Shown: positions 28,251 to 41,875, counted from the first letter of the stretch. The stretch: DNA of 64,000 bases from Mobula hypostoma (GCF_963921235.1 NC_086097.1:57166001-57230000), one strand, 5' to 3'. Notes: a model not told the origin generated them from the sequence alone. A program made the numbers and translations.

Positions 28251-29825
28251 ATCAATTTTTGGATACAAATAGGGTGAAGGCTTAGAATCAAGAGATAATT
28301 GGACTCCAACATAGGTTTTGATAAGCTATACAGTTATTTGAAACAAAAACAGACTTAACGAGGGGCTCTTAGTTCAAATTTCTTTATTTTTCAGATTGTA
28401 TAACTAAACAGTTGAATAGCTAGGGGGCACACTATATTTGTGATCCTCTTGTTTGAAAGTGGTTTGAAGAAACAAAATCAATATTTTCTTGGTCTTTTAG
28501 CAGTATGTCAGGGAGGTATGGAGGCACAATCACTGAGTTAATTCAAACTCCAAAATCCTAATAGTTTGGCATCTGGTTTACCTAGTTCTTACCAAGCCTA
28601 GTTTCCAAACTAGGACCATAAAGGGGTATTAAGAAATAGGTGAAACTGAAATCTTTAATGGCTATAGGAAAATTGCCATTTGGGTACCTAACTACGTAAC
28701 TACAATTATAAGGTTTTAATATTTTAGAAATTCAAGAACCATTTGATAGATCTTTCCTGCATCCAGTATTTCATTATTAGTCTGCTGCCTAGAGACTTGA
28801 AAACATTGGTGCATTGCTTTATTATTGTCACATATGCAAAGCGAGGCTTCAGTGAAAAACTTCGTCGCTTTCACATGCCATCCATTGCCTCAAAACAGAG
28901 CTCAGGTTTCTTTTAAATCCTCTCAAACAAGTTAGTTGGCAATGAAAGACAAAACACTTTATTTAGCTTGTAACTACAGCAAAAATAAATCAAATAACAA
29001 ATAATCACATGAAATGCCAGATCTTCAGAGGGTGTTGGTGCAAATCAGCTTGCAACTGTTATTATTTTGCATAAGGTTTGCAATAAAATTCATTTTTGAG
29101 GATATTTTTGTATATAAAAATCATCTTTATTTTTCCCAGTTGCATGAGAATTCCTTTTGAATAAATACTGGATAAAGAAGAGTTACTGCATCATTTTAAA
29201 GTCATTCACAAAATGAGTAAAATAGATATATTGTATACTTACTCCTTTACTGTTGCCATCTCAGGTTATAAAAATAACTAACTTTCTCAAATTAACATTG
29301 GCAAGAATTTAAATTCAAGCCTTATTAAAATACCATGAACATTTCTGGAAGCATGGAGTACAAACAAATTCAAGGGCATGGGTGACATTAAAGGAAGACT
29401 TGTTGTTTATTTAAATGCAAATAAGTCTATTTATGGTGTTAAAAGGATAATTATAACAATTCTGCAAATGGGCAGCTTTCAGCAGATCAACACAGTTTCT
29501 GATTCTGCGGCATCAAATGGAATAAATTAACAATGTGTGTAAGATTTGGGATGCTGTTACTTCCTTCTCTTTGTTTTGCTGTCTTGTGCAAAAGAGAGTT
29601 GTTTAGTGACTTGTTTTGGACCAACATATAACAGATTCATCTGAATTTTTGTTTCACAGACACATGATACAGTTTAATTTTTCTTTGTAAACCATGGTTT
29701 ACAACTGAGAATATTTATAGGTAATAATTTTGCTGCAGCCACTTTATATTTCTTAATAAACATTTGTTCCATTAATTGCTTGCATTTGTACCTGGGTTAG
29801 TTTTATTCAATATTGTTGCTTTCTA

Positions 29826-30492
29826 TTGGTGTTCCTGGTGTGGCCTCCCGTATATCGATGAGACCTGATGTAGATTGGAGATCACTTCACCAAACACCTG
29901 TCCTTTGTTCACCAGAAAAAGCGAGGTCTCCCAGTGGCCACCCATTTTAATACCACTTCCCATTCCCATTCCGCTATGTCCATCCATGGCCTTCTCTACT
30001 GTCACTGAGGCCACACTCAGACTGGAGGAACAACAGCTTATATTCCGTCTGGGTAGCCTCCATCCTGATGGCATGAACATTCATTTCTCAAACTTCTGGT
30101 AATGGCCCCCTCCCTCCTTCACCATCCTCCATCCCCTCTCCCCTCTCTCACCTTATCTCCTTGCCTGCCCATCACCTTCCTCTGGTGCCCCTTCCCCCTT
30201 CTGTCCTCTCCTGTTAGATTTCCCCATCTCCAACCCTGTATCTCTTTCACCACTCAACTTTCCAGCTCCTTACTTCACCCTGCCCCCTGCCTGTTTCATC
30301 CATCACTTGTGTATCTCCTTCTCCTCCCCCCACCTTTTAACTCTACTCCTTATCTTTTTTTTCTCCAGTCCTGCTGTCCTGTGAAACTTGACTGTATTCT
30401 TTTCCATAGATGCTGGCTAGCTTGCTGAGTTCCTCCAGCATTTTGTTTGTGTTGCTAGGATTTCCAGCATTTGCAGATTTTCTCTAGTTTGT
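29826..30492 (+). mobile_element. Penelope-like element 3' fragment (GIY-YIG C-terminus plus terminal repeat); second tail copy at ~30606-30683
   Basis: EATLRLEEQQLIFRLGSLHPDGMNIHFSNF matches the GIY-YIG ORF at 42283-42714; pyrimidine-rich 3' region; tail CCAGCATTTGCAGATTTTCTC. Confidence 0.85.
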
Positions 30493-30821
30493 GATCAAAT
30501 GGTTAATCTGGTTCTTGTCATGTCCATTGGATGAGCATCATGTCAGTTTCATGTTATGGCAAGGGGATCCCTCCTATGATCAGATTGTTCATGGCACAGA
30601 ATTCCACCAGCCTGTTGAGTTCCTCCAGCATTTTGTGTGTGTTACTAAGATTTCCAGCATTTGCAGATTTTCTCTTGTTTGTGATTTTATTTTCATTAAT
30701 TCTTTGCACTGTTTATGTATATGAGAAAAAGTTAATGATTCTAAGATCATTAATCTGAAATAATGAAATATTTAACTTACCACAAATAACACAATCACTA
30801 CAAATTTATGTCAGTGAAAAA

Positions 30822-32512
30822 ATAAAAATCACAAAAAGTAGAGGTCCCAGAACAGATCCTTGTGGGACACCACTAGTCACGATCCTCCAATCTGAATGTA
30901 CTCCCTCCACCACGACCCTCTGGAGCATGTTGATATTAAGGGAGAGGAGGTGTTGGAGTTGTTAAGATACATTAGGACGGATAAGTCCCTAGGGCCTTAT
31001 ATTCCCCAGGCTACAGCATGAGGCGAGGGAAGAGATTGCTGAGCCTCTGGCTAGGACCTTTATGTCCTCGTTGTCCATGGGAATGGTACCGGAGGATTGG
31101 AGGGAGGCGAATGTTGTCCCCTTGTTCAAAAAAGGTGTAGGGATAGTCCGGGTAATTATAGACCAGTGAGCCTTACGTCTTTGGTGGGAAAGCTGTTGGA
31201 AAAGATTCTTAGAGATAGGATCTCTGGGCATTTAGAGAATCATGGTCTGATCAGGGACAGTCAGCATGGCTTTGTGAAGGGCAGATCGTGTCTAACAAGC
31301 CTGATAGAGTTCTTTGAGGAGGTGACCAGGCATATAGATGAGGGTAGTGCAGTGGATGTGATCTATATGGACTTTAGTAAGGCATTTGACAAGGTTCCAT
31401 ACGGTAGGCTTATTCTGAAAGTCAGAAGGCATGGGATCCAGGGAAGTTTGGCCAGATGGATTCAGAATTGGCTTGCCTGCAGAAGGCAGAGGGTTGTGGT
31501 GGAGGGAGTACATTCAGATTGGAGGATTGTGACTAGTGGTGTCCCACAAGGATCTGTTCTGGGACCTCTACTTTTTGTGATTTTTATGAATGACCTGGAT
31601 GTGGGGGTAGAAGGGTGGGTTGGCAAGTTTGCAGACGACACAAAGGTTGGTGGTGTTGTAGATAGTGTTGAGGATTGTCGAAGGTTGCAGAGAGACATTG
31701 ATAGGATGCAGAAGTGGGCTGAGAAGTGGCAGATGGAGTTCAACCCGGAGAAGTGTGAGGTGGTACACTTTGGAAGGACAAACTCCAAGGCAGAGTACAA
31801 AGTAAATGGCAGGATATTTGGTAGTGTGGAGGAGCAGAGGGATCTCGGGGTACATGTCCAGAGATCCCTGAAAATTGCCTCACAGGTGGATAGGGTAGTT
31901 AAGAAAGCTTATGGGGTGTTAGCTTTCATAAGTCGAGGGATAGAGTTTAAGAGTCGCGATTTAATGATGCAGCTCTATGAAACTCTGGTTAGGCCACACT
32001 TGGAGTACTGTGTCCAGTTCTGGTCGCCTTGCTATAGGCAGGATGTGGAAACATTGGAAAGGGTATAGAGGAGATTTACCAGGATGCTGCCTGGATTAGA
32101 CAGTATGCATTATGATCAGAGATTAAGGGAGCTAGGGCTTTACTCTTTGGAGAGAAGGAGGATGAGAGGAGACATGATAGAGGTGTACAAGATAATAAGA
32201 GGAATAGATAGAGTGGATAGCCGGTGCCTCTTCCCCAGGGTACCACTGCTCAATGCAAGAGGACATGGCTTTAAGGTAAGGGGTGGGAAGTTCAAGGGGC
32301 ATATTAGAGGAAGGTTTTTTACTCAGAGTGGTTGGTGCGTGGAATGCACTGCCTGAGTCAGTGGTGGAGGCAGATACACTAGTGAAGTTTAAGAGACTAC
32401 TAGACGGGTATATGGAGGAATTTAAGGTGGGGGTCATATGGGAGGCAGGGTTTGAGGGTCGGCACAACATTGTGGGCTGAAGGGCCTGTAATGTGCTGTA
32501 CTACTCTATGTC
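30822..32512 (+). mobile_element. CR1 LINE, 5'-truncated, with a 101-bp inverted internal duplicate at its 5' junction
   Basis: RT ORF 31097..32068 ([33 protein letters not shown]); CR1 3' tail near 32510; 30822-30922 is the reverse complement of 31487-31587. Confidence 0.93.
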
Positions 32513-33823
32513 TAAAACAACTTTTGAACAGGATACTTGAAATTTCAGTGTGTTAGTAAGTGTACAGGCCAAATTCAGTTACTGTTTTTCATGCACATGT
32601 GAGGAATGAAACTTCTTTCAGTTCTTAAAGTTGGCAAAGTGTGTTTTTTCTAACTATTCATTGTTTCCTTTCTTCTGATGTTATCATTAAACAATCTTGA
32701 ATCTTGAGCAGAACACTACTATAAATAAGATGAAAGTAACTCGGAGAATGACTTCTTTGCAATTTTACTGAAGTTATCAAGTGCTGCAGAGTGTCTGGAA
32801 GCTTACTGAACAGTTCATTGGCATCCATCTCCTACTTCAATGTATTGTAAGACTGATTGCAACAAAGAATCAGAGGGGAAGTGAAAATGAAATTGAGACA
32901 CAAAGCAAATATATGAGAAACGTTAGTTACAGAAATGGAAATCTATAAGTGTTCTGTAGGCATATAAATAGTAAAAGGGTAGTAAATGAAGCCGTGGGGA
33001 CAAATAAGGATAAAAATGGTAACTTGATGATTGAGGGCATTATGAGACTAAATCAGTACTTGTTATCTGTTCTCAAGAGGAAAAAGTTACTTTCAAAGTA
33101 ATCAGAAAAGTGAAGAAGGTGTCTGGATGTGTTTAAAAACTCTTACTCTGAGATATTAGGAAAGTTTGCTGAACTTTAAGTAGGTATGTCACCAGGATGC
33201 CCAGATATGATGAATCTGAGGATTTTGAGGAAAATTTAGCAAGAAATCACAGGGCTACTGAATTTAATCTTCCAATGATTTTTTGGGTATGGGAATTGGT
33301 GCCAAAAAACTGTGGTGCTGTGTAGTAGGTGCTGTTCCATTATTCAAAAAAATAAATTGGGGTAAGCCCAGCAAATTGGCCAGTCAATTTTGACCTGGTG
33401 GGGAAGTGTTTAGAGACATTGATTCTGATACAGTTGATATTTATATGGAGGAAAATAGATTAATTAACACAAGCCAGCATAGAATTGTTAATTGTGTATT
33501 TAAACAACTTGATAGAGGTTTTTGATGAGGTAACAGAGTCAATGAGGGTAATGCAGTTCATGTGATATACAACCAGAAATTTTTTGTCAGATGTTAGTGT
33601 CATTTGGAAAGTTTTTAATCTATATTAATGACTTTGTTTTGAATTGCAAACCATGATTTTTAGATTTACAAATGTTTTAAAACATGGTGACCTACAGAGA
33701 GGATGGTGAAGGATTATAGGTGGTTATAAGTGGGCTGGTAGAAATAAGCAGATGTATGGCAGATGATTAATGTGAAAAATTGTGAGGGGATTCATTTTGG
33801 TAGAAAAAATGAGGAGAGATAAT

Positions 33824-35125
33824 ACCATAAGATATAGGAGCAGAATTAGGCCATCTGGCCCATCGGGTCTGCTCCACCATTTCATCATGGCTGATCCAAT
33901 TTTCCTCTCAGCCCCAATCTCCTGCCTTCTCCCTGTATCCCTTCATGGCCTGACCAATCAAAAATTTATCAACCTCTGCCTTAAATATACATGAACACTT
34001 TGCCTCCACAGCTGTCCATGGCAAAGAGTCCCACAGATTCACCACTCTCTGGCTAAAGAAATTCCTCATCTCCATTCTAAAGGATGCCCCTCTATTCTGT
34101 GTCCTCCCTGTCATCAAGTCTTGTACTCTCCCACCATAGAAAACTCTCCACATCCAGTCTATCAAGGCCTTTCACTATTGGATAAGTTTCAATGAGGTCA
34201 CCCCTTATTCTTCTGAATTCCAGTGAATACAGGCCCAGTGCTATCAAATGCTCTTCATTTGACAAATCATTCAATCCTGGAATCATTTTTATGAGCCTCC
34301 TTTGAATGCTGTCCAGTTTCAGCACATCCTTTCTAAGATAAAGAGCCCAAACCTGCTCACAATACTCTTAAGAGAGGCCTCACCAATGCTTTATAAAGCC
34401 CTAACATTACATCCTTGCTTTTATATTCTAGACCTCTTGAAATGAATGCTAACATTTCATCTACCTTCCTCACAACAGACTCAACCTGCAAATTAACTTC
34501 TAAGGAACCCTGCACAAGGACTCCCAAGTCCCTTTGCACCTCAGTTTTTTTGTATTTTATCTCTATTTCAAAAGTAGTCAGCCCTTTAATTTCTTCTACC
34601 AAAGTGACTGACCATACACTTCCTGACTCTATATTCTATCTGCAATTTGTTTGCCCACTTTCCTAATCTGTCTAAGTCCTTCTGTAGCCTCCTTGCTTCC
34701 TCAAAACTACCTGCCCCTCCACCTATCTTCATATAGTCTGCAAACTTTGTAATGAAGTCATTGATTCCATCATCCAAATCATTGACATTGAAAAAGAATT
34801 GGTGCCAACACAGACCGCCTCCCGGTGGAACACTGCTAGTCACCGGCAGCCAGTTGGAAAAGGCTCCCTTTATTCCCACTCTTTGCCTCCTTCAAATCAG
34901 CCACTACTTTATCCATACTAGAATCTTTCCTGTAATCCAATGGGTTTGTAGCTTGTTAAGCAGCCTTGTGTGGCACCTTGTCAAGGGCCTTCTGAAAATC
35001 CAAATACACAACATGAACCAATTCTCCTTTGTCTATCATGCTTGTTACTTCTTCAAAGAATTCCAACATATTTGTCAGGCAAGATTTTCCCTTGAGGAAG
35101 CCATGTTGACTACGGCCTATTTTAT
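33824..35125 (-). mobile_element. CR1 LINE, 5'-truncated, nested in the older CR1
   Basis: WLPVTSSVPP, KFADYMKIGG, RDLGVLVQ, LGLYSLEFRRIRGDLIE, RNFFSQRVVNLW; tail CCATAAGATATAGGAGCAGAA. Confidence 0.88.
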
Positions 35126-35704
35126 CATACAGCTATAAAGAAGGCAAGACAATACCTATATTTTATTACGAATTTGAAGAGATTTGGTGGTACAGAATAA
35201 TGGACAGTGTTGAACAGAATTGCCTTGGGGTATGCATGCACAAAACACTGAAAATAGCATGGTAGATTTAAAGAGCAATTAAATCATCCATATTTTAGGC
35301 TTTATCAACAGAAGAATAGAGATTAAAAGAAGGGAAGTTATGTTGAATTTTTATAAAACACTGGTCCAACCTTAAATAGAGTAACGTGTGCATGTCTGAA
35401 TCCATGTTCTAGGAATGATGTGAAGACATTTGAGAATGTTCAGAAAAGATTTTCAGTAATGTTCCTGGAATAGGAGATGCTGTTACAAAGATAGTTCAGA
35501 GCAGCTAGTGTTTTCTGTGAAGGTGAGAAACCTAATGATAAAAATGATATAATTGTGGTGTTGGGCAGAGTTGATAGAATGCTTCCTTTGGTGGAGAGGA
35601 CAATGATTAGAGGTCACAGTATAAGATGAAGGGGTAGAGAATATGGAAAGTATTACCTGCAGATTGGTGGGGCCAGGTTTGATTGTGGCCTTCAACGGGG
35701 AACA

Positions 35705-36155
35705 GAGGTGTATAAGACGATGAGAGGCATTGATCGTGTAGATAGTTAGAGGCTTTTTCCCAGGACTGAAATGGTTGCCACAAGAGGACACAGGTTTAAG
35801 ATGCTGGGGAGTAGGTACAGAGGAGATGTCAGGGGTGATTTTTTTACGCAGAGCGTGGTGAGTGTGTGGAATGGGCTGCCGGCAACGGTGGTGGAGGTGG
35901 ATACGATAGGGTCTTTTAAGAGACTTTTGGATAGGTACACGGAGCTTAGGAAAATAGAGGGCTATGGGTAATTCTGCAGATGCTGGAAATTCAAGCAACA
36001 TACATCAAAGTTGCTGGTGAACGCAGCAGGCCAAGCAGCATCTACCCATGGGCTATGGGTAAGCCTAGTGATTTCTAAGGTAGGGGCATATTTGGCACAA
36101 CTTGTGGGCCGAAGGGCCTGTATTGTGCTGTAGGTTTTCTATGTTTCTATGTTTC
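35705..36155 (+). mobile_element. CR1 3' end (same subfamily as 44800-51336) carrying a Penelope fragment at 35972-36049
   Basis: ATRGHRFKMLGSRYRGDVRGDFFTQSVVSVWNGLP; tail (TTCTATGT)n; insert flanked by TSD GGGCTATGGGTAA at 35959-35971 and 36050-36062. Confidence 0.85.
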
Positions 36156-37297
36156 TAAATGTTTTAGAAAAAGGATTTAGAAGGCTACAATGAAAGGATT
36201 GGTGAGTAGAAGAACTGGTGAGTTGCTGCAGTTGAGAATGTTGTGAGCATGTCAAATGAATACTGACTGCTCTAACCATTTTATGATCTTTGTATTTTAC
36301 GTTTATGAGAATTTATAGTGCTTCTGTTCTGTTTTCCGTTTAATTTGTAATGGAAATTATTTTACTCATTGGATTCCAGAATTTTATTTGATGCCAAATA
36401 TTCCTTAATGTGTAACCAACTGACTTATTAGTTCCAAATGAATAACTTGGGCCTTAATTAGACAGTAGGCTTAAGTGTCAGGATTTTGCTCTACTTTGAC
36501 ATTTAAATATATATTGAAAGGTTAGGCTGAAATTATTCTTGGGTTATCTACCAAAAATATATCAAATTTGAAATGTCAAATGGATTTCCAAGGAGATTAA
36601 ACCCAATAGATAGCTCCATGAAATACAAGGTAATGTAAAAATACCTTTAGGTTTAAATAGGATATGACTCTTAATTTTCTTTTATGAAGATTTTCCAGAA
36701 TCCAAAATATAGCTGGAATTAAGAAGCATTTTGAGAGCTTTTTTAAAGATACTGTTATATCAGTTGAAAAAAAATTTTGGCTTTAAGGTACAAAGAAAAA
36801 AGCAGTTTTGTTTCCTCCATACACTTTGTGTGTTTAACCTAGTTTGATTCTGGGGAAAACCAAATGCTAATCATTTGTATGAAACATTGATAAGTTTGAT
36901 TTAAGCAGTTGTGATACATTTTCCGTGCTTCATAACCAGACAAATTTGAATGCTGATTACCTATTATTCCTTAGCTAAAATTATTGCTCACCAAATTATT
37001 TACACCATTTTCTCTTTCTTTCTTTTCATCCTAGAGATTCGATATTAAACATTGATGTTTGGTGAATTTAACTAAATAGCTATTCAACTTTGCTCTAGTA
37101 AACAGGAAATAAGAAATTCAAGCCATTGCATGTACATCTTAACCAGAAGCAATATTCCTGGGTCATATTGGTCAATCAATGCTCTCTTTGAAATATGGTG
37201 ACAATGCTAATTCAATGTATGGGTATTATCTGTATGTTGTTTGCAAGCAGTATAAAGTGTTAAATTTTAATCTGCTTACTGTTATTTGGATGACTGA

Positions 37298-37588
37298 AGG
37301 CGCACAGTAGCATAACGGTTAGCTCAACACTATTACAGTATGAGACGTCTGAGTTTGGAGTTCAGTTCCAGCACTGCCAGCAAGGAGCTTGTATATCCTA
37401 TCCATGAGCATGTGGGTTTCCTTTGGGTGCTCCACTTTCCTCCCAATTCCAAAGACGTACCGGTTACTAGGTTAATTGGTCATTGTAAATTGTCCTGTGA
37501 TTAGGCTAGCCTTAAATAGGCATGCTGCTGAGGCAGGCTCATTGGATTGGAAAGGCCTTTTTCACACTGTATCTCTAAATAAATAAAT
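37298..37588 (+). mobile_element. tRNA-derived V-SINE (HE1-like)
   Basis: A-box-like TAGCATAACGG, B-box-like GAGTTCAGTTCC, V-domain GTGGGTTTCCTTTGGGTGCTCCACTTTCCTCCCA, tail TGTATCTCTAAATAAATAAA. Confidence 0.8.
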
Positions 37589-37849
37589 TGTTCGGAGGCT
37601 GATTATCATGACTTTGTTGTTTGACTAGTTGTATCTATTGCTGAATATAGAAATATTGACAACACAAAATTTCCAAGTTGAATGAATCTACTAAGTGAGA
37701 GGCTTGGGAAAAATGCGTCAATAATTAAGGAAGTACATCTTCCAGCACTATGATCATGCAGGTCAGTCAATGTTTGCTGGTTCATGAGTGATCTCTGGAC
37801 ATGCACATTGAAAAGGGAGGGAAACAGGGACTCTATGATCAAGTGGCTG

Positions 37850-40100
37850 CCTGAAGAGAATTTAACCTGCTGATGTAGAAGTAGATCTTAGTGCTGATTG
37901 GAAAACCAATCTAACACTATTTTCCAGCAACTAACCTGCTATAACTAATTGGCTCCCACAATTGCTTCAGTGATGAGCACCTCAGGAGGACAAGGTTTTG
38001 ACAACACTGTCAGGGTGACGGTGAACAATCTCCACAACGTGAACTTCTTTATCAAGAAGATCCTGGTAGAATGCAGTGAGATTGAGAAGAAGGACATCTA
38101 GAACTTCCACGACTTCCTAGGTAACTGGTGCTTCATTATCTTGAAGCAGCCAGTAGGAATGCAGATAATGCTACAGGAGTTTCGGCTGAAAGGGAGTGAA
38201 ACTGCACGTTTGCTATCATGAGTGTAACCATTCTTCATCCTCCCTGCCCAAAAGGAGCATATAATAACAATGCTTATGTTTAATCCACATGTGCCAATTG
38301 TGGATTGCTTCACCCACTGGCTTGTTTTGATAAGGGAGCAGGAAACTGTGTGGACCTGTTTGGGATCTGGATGGTCACGCTCAGTGTGGATGATAAGGGA
38401 GCCATCATCTACCCACCCACTGTGTTCATCATCGGAGGGAATCATGGGCACATGGCATATGCAGGACAATCTGGGATATGCTGCATCTGCAAAAAAACTG
38501 GAAACATGGTACCCCAATGCATTGCATACATCTGCAAGCAGAAATGCCACCAGACCAATGATTGCAGGGCAAGGAAATATTGCAACTGGTGCAGGGAGGT
38601 AGGCTATCTCTACAAGGCCTGCCCAAAACATGCCTGTAGCTATGCCTAGGTAATGAGAAGAGGAAATGGCATCAAGAATAATTTACTGACGAATGCCAAC
38701 ACACCCCGACTAGAGCAGTGCTCCCGGCAGAGAACAAGACCAGGATGAGTGAGGAAAGCCCAATGTCCTTGAGCTAGAGACTCCAGCCTCCGAACTCCAG
38801 GAGACTGGAAGCAGTGCAGAGGACTTAGGCCCCCTGCTTGGAGGATACACACCCTTCAGGGCTAGAACAGGAATGCAGACTGACTACCCTCTGCCTCCCC
38901 CTCCCCCCACCCGATACTACCAGTAACACCATAAGAGTACCTGAGAGAGATCACTCTCAGTACTGGAGCCCAAAGACGGTACTACATTTCACCAAAACTG
39001 TGGGCATGAGGGCTCAGGCTTATTGATAATAGGATGTGTACTTTTGAACCCTAAACTCCAAATAACCAAGGAGATGAAATTGGCATCACTAAACGTGCAC
39101 AGTGAAGTGTATTGTGTGATGTTTTAATGCCTTGAAATATCTTGTCAAGGTCAAGGTGGATGTGACTTTTCGACAAGACTGCAGTCTGTCACACCTCTTT
39201 ATTTATAAATTGTTGTGATGGTGGTCCCATGGATTGTCTATATGATCGGGGATGGAGTGGGAAGATTATTGATTGTTGTGCGTCTGGCCTGGGTATTCTG
39301 CTGTGGGGAGGCAACCTTTGAGCCATTTTAAGCCAAGGAGATGGTTGGTGCTCCTCACCTCATGGTAGACATGATGTACCGTGATACTCTTCTCTAATCG
39401 ATTAACTCCTTTATGAGCTGGCTGTTGCTTCCCTGGTAACTTCAACTGCATCATCAATACAGATGGATGACAGGAGAATGGACAGCAGCACCAGACTCCT
39501 CATAGAAACAGCGAAAGATACAAATTTATATGAAGCTTTCAGCGCCTCTGCAGATGGAGCACAGCTGCAACAGAATTGCTCGAGACAGGATGGCTCAGCA
39601 GGGTTCAGACAGACTTCCTTTTCCTGTTGAAGGCAGTTGTAGTCAGATCCACCAGCATCATGCCACTGTTCTCTGACCACAACCTCCTTTGGACTTCCTG
39701 TCACCTACTGTACAAAAGGACCAGAAGTTGAATATCAAGCTGCTGATTCCAGAGAATGTCAAGGAATTAAAGAGGGATTACACAAGTTGGAGAACCATGA
39801 AACCTCTCTTTGACTCTCTCATTCACTGGTAAGAAGCAAGCAGGGAGAATGTCAAGAGATTCTTCATTCTCAAAGGTGTTCAGAAAGCAAGACAGAGTCA
39901 GAGGGTATTATGCCAATCCTGGACAAATTTTCAGCATTTTCTTTTTCTGTAGGAAAGGGAGACAGATGTGAGAGAGGAACTTCAAAAAGTGAAGAGCTGG
40001 CAAGCTGCATTCTTTGCCTCAGAGTCCTCCAAGATCACCTCATGGAGCAGTATGGGACATGCTCACACTTCTTCCAAAAGGTTCTTGGGAAACTCTGATC
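37850..40100 (+). mobile_element. Degenerate Tx1-clade LINE (zinc-knuckle gag-like ORF1; ORF2 endonuclease start)
   Basis: YAGQSGICCICKKTGN...CKQKCHQTNDC...CNWCREVGYLYKACP knuckle array; ORF2-like MKLASLNV near 39074. Confidence 0.65.
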
Positions 40101-40485
40101 TACAGCCTTGAAGAAGATAGCTCAGTAACATCTTCACAATGGACATATGGAGGATTTGCAGATCCTTCAATGCCACTCTGTATGATAATAGGTCTACAGG
40201 CAACTCAGGCCCTCAGAACTCCTTTCCTCAGGAAGTAGCTATTTAAGCAAACTTCCCATGCTGCTTGCTTAAGTTTAGATTGTTTCAGGTATCTTTTCCC
40301 AGCACTTTCTCTTAATTTGAAGTAATGTGCTATAAGTAATAGAATGATCATAGAATCCCTAAGCTGTTTTAATTGGAAGATACTAGTAATCAATGTAATA
40401 ACATTTAAGAATTTCTACCAATATATCTCATACATCATAATGATACATTGGCTAACATTATCAAACAAAGGAGCTGTTTGTGGAT

Positions 40486-41160
40486 TACAGGAGGAATGGA
40501 GACGGGCTAACTCCTATTGACATCAATTGATCTGGGGTTGAGAGGGTAAACAGCTTTAAGTTCCTTGGCATCCACATCACTGAGGATCTCACATGGTCTG
40601 TACACACCAGGTGTGTGGTGTAAAAGGCATAACAGCGCCTTTTTCACCTCAGATGGTTGAGAAAGTTTAGTATGGGCCCCCAAATCCTAAGAACTTTCTA
40701 TAGGGGCAAAATTGAGAGCATCCTGACTGGCTGCATCACTGCCTGGTATGGGAATTATACCTCCCTTAATCGCAGGACTCTACAGAGAGTGTTGCAGCTA
40801 GTCCAGTGCATCTGCAGTTGTGAACTTCCCATGATTCAGGACAATTACAAAGACAGATGTGTAAAAAGGGCCCGAAGGATCATTGGGGACCCGAGTCATC
40901 CAAACCACAATCTATTCCAGCTGCTACCATCCGGGAAGTGGTAGCGCAGCATAAAAGGACAGCTTCTTCCACCATGCCATCAGACTGATTAACTCATACT
41001 GATTTGAGTGTATTTCTATGTAACATTGACTGTTCTATTTATTGTAAATTATTCTAAATTGCTATGATTGCACATTGTACATTTAGTTGGAGGCGTAATG
41101 TAAAGATTTTTACTCCTCATGTATGTGAAGGATGTAAGAAATAAAATCAACTCAATTCAC
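40486..41160 (+). mobile_element. Rex1/Babar LINE 3' fragment
   Basis: RKFSMGPQILRTFYRGKIESILTGCITAWYGN...DPSHPNHNLFQLLPSGK; closely similar to 9145-9830 in reverse orientation. Confidence 0.88.
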
Positions 41161-41676
41161 TTCATTCCACACAGTGGTTTTCATGCCCTTCAATTAAACA
41201 AGATTGGGGGTTCTCATGTTATTCTTTCTGTTATATATTTTTCTACAGGAACTAATGTGACATGAAAAGGTTGGCAGAGGGGAAGATCAAATGGCATGCT
41301 TGATCCTGTGCAATTTTTCTGCATGAAGCACCATCATAAAAACATGGTGCTATTGGTATATCTGGTATATATGGTTATTGAACGGAATCAAGCTGACTGA
41401 AGTGGGTAGTTCTTTAGCAAACACCAAGCTCTCAGATGTCCGGATGTTAGCAACATTCTGGGGTTCCATACATGCATGGCAAAATTCAGAATTCTGGGAC
41501 AAGAGGTATCCTCCATTGTGCTTTCTCACTGGACTATTCAGTAACTCCACTGGTAGAGCACTAATGTGCTGAGAAGGGTTGGATGGATTCTGCATCTGGT
41601 TCAGCTTTACACCAGGAATGGTCAATATGTGAATGCCAACCCTGAAGAGTGTTGAAATGCTTGTCTTTTTTTTAAT

Positions 41677-41850
41677 TGTTTACTTGTCTTTACTAATTGT
41701 TTACTTTAATAGCAACTTAAATTGGTGAATTAGTTTATTATTGTCACACATATCAAGGTACGGTGTTTACTTGTCTTTACTAATTGTTTACTTTAATAGC
41801 AACTTAAATTGGTGAATTAGTTTATTATTGTCACACATATCAAGGTACGG
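41677..41850. repeat. Perfect 87-bp tandem duplication
   Basis: 41677-41763 equals 41764-41850; TG microhomology at the ends. Confidence 0.95.
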
Positions 41851-41875
41851 TGAAAAGCTTGTTTTGCACATTGAT

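Larger units (their letters stand above)
32870..36290 (+). mobile_element. Old, highly decayed CR1 interrupted by younger insertions
   Basis: CR1-like ORF2 DNA at ~32870-33823, ~35190-35640 and ~36158-36290 is collinear once the nested copies are removed. Confidence 0.55.

Noticed and set aside
23000..29800. Short ORFs in AT-rich intronic DNA
   Set aside because: They have no recognisable domains or coherent splice phases and are expected by chance, apart from the L1 and Penelope remnants listed.
37298..37380. tRNA gene
   Set aside because: A/B-box-like motifs continue into a V-domain and a LINE-like tail, so this is a SINE head.
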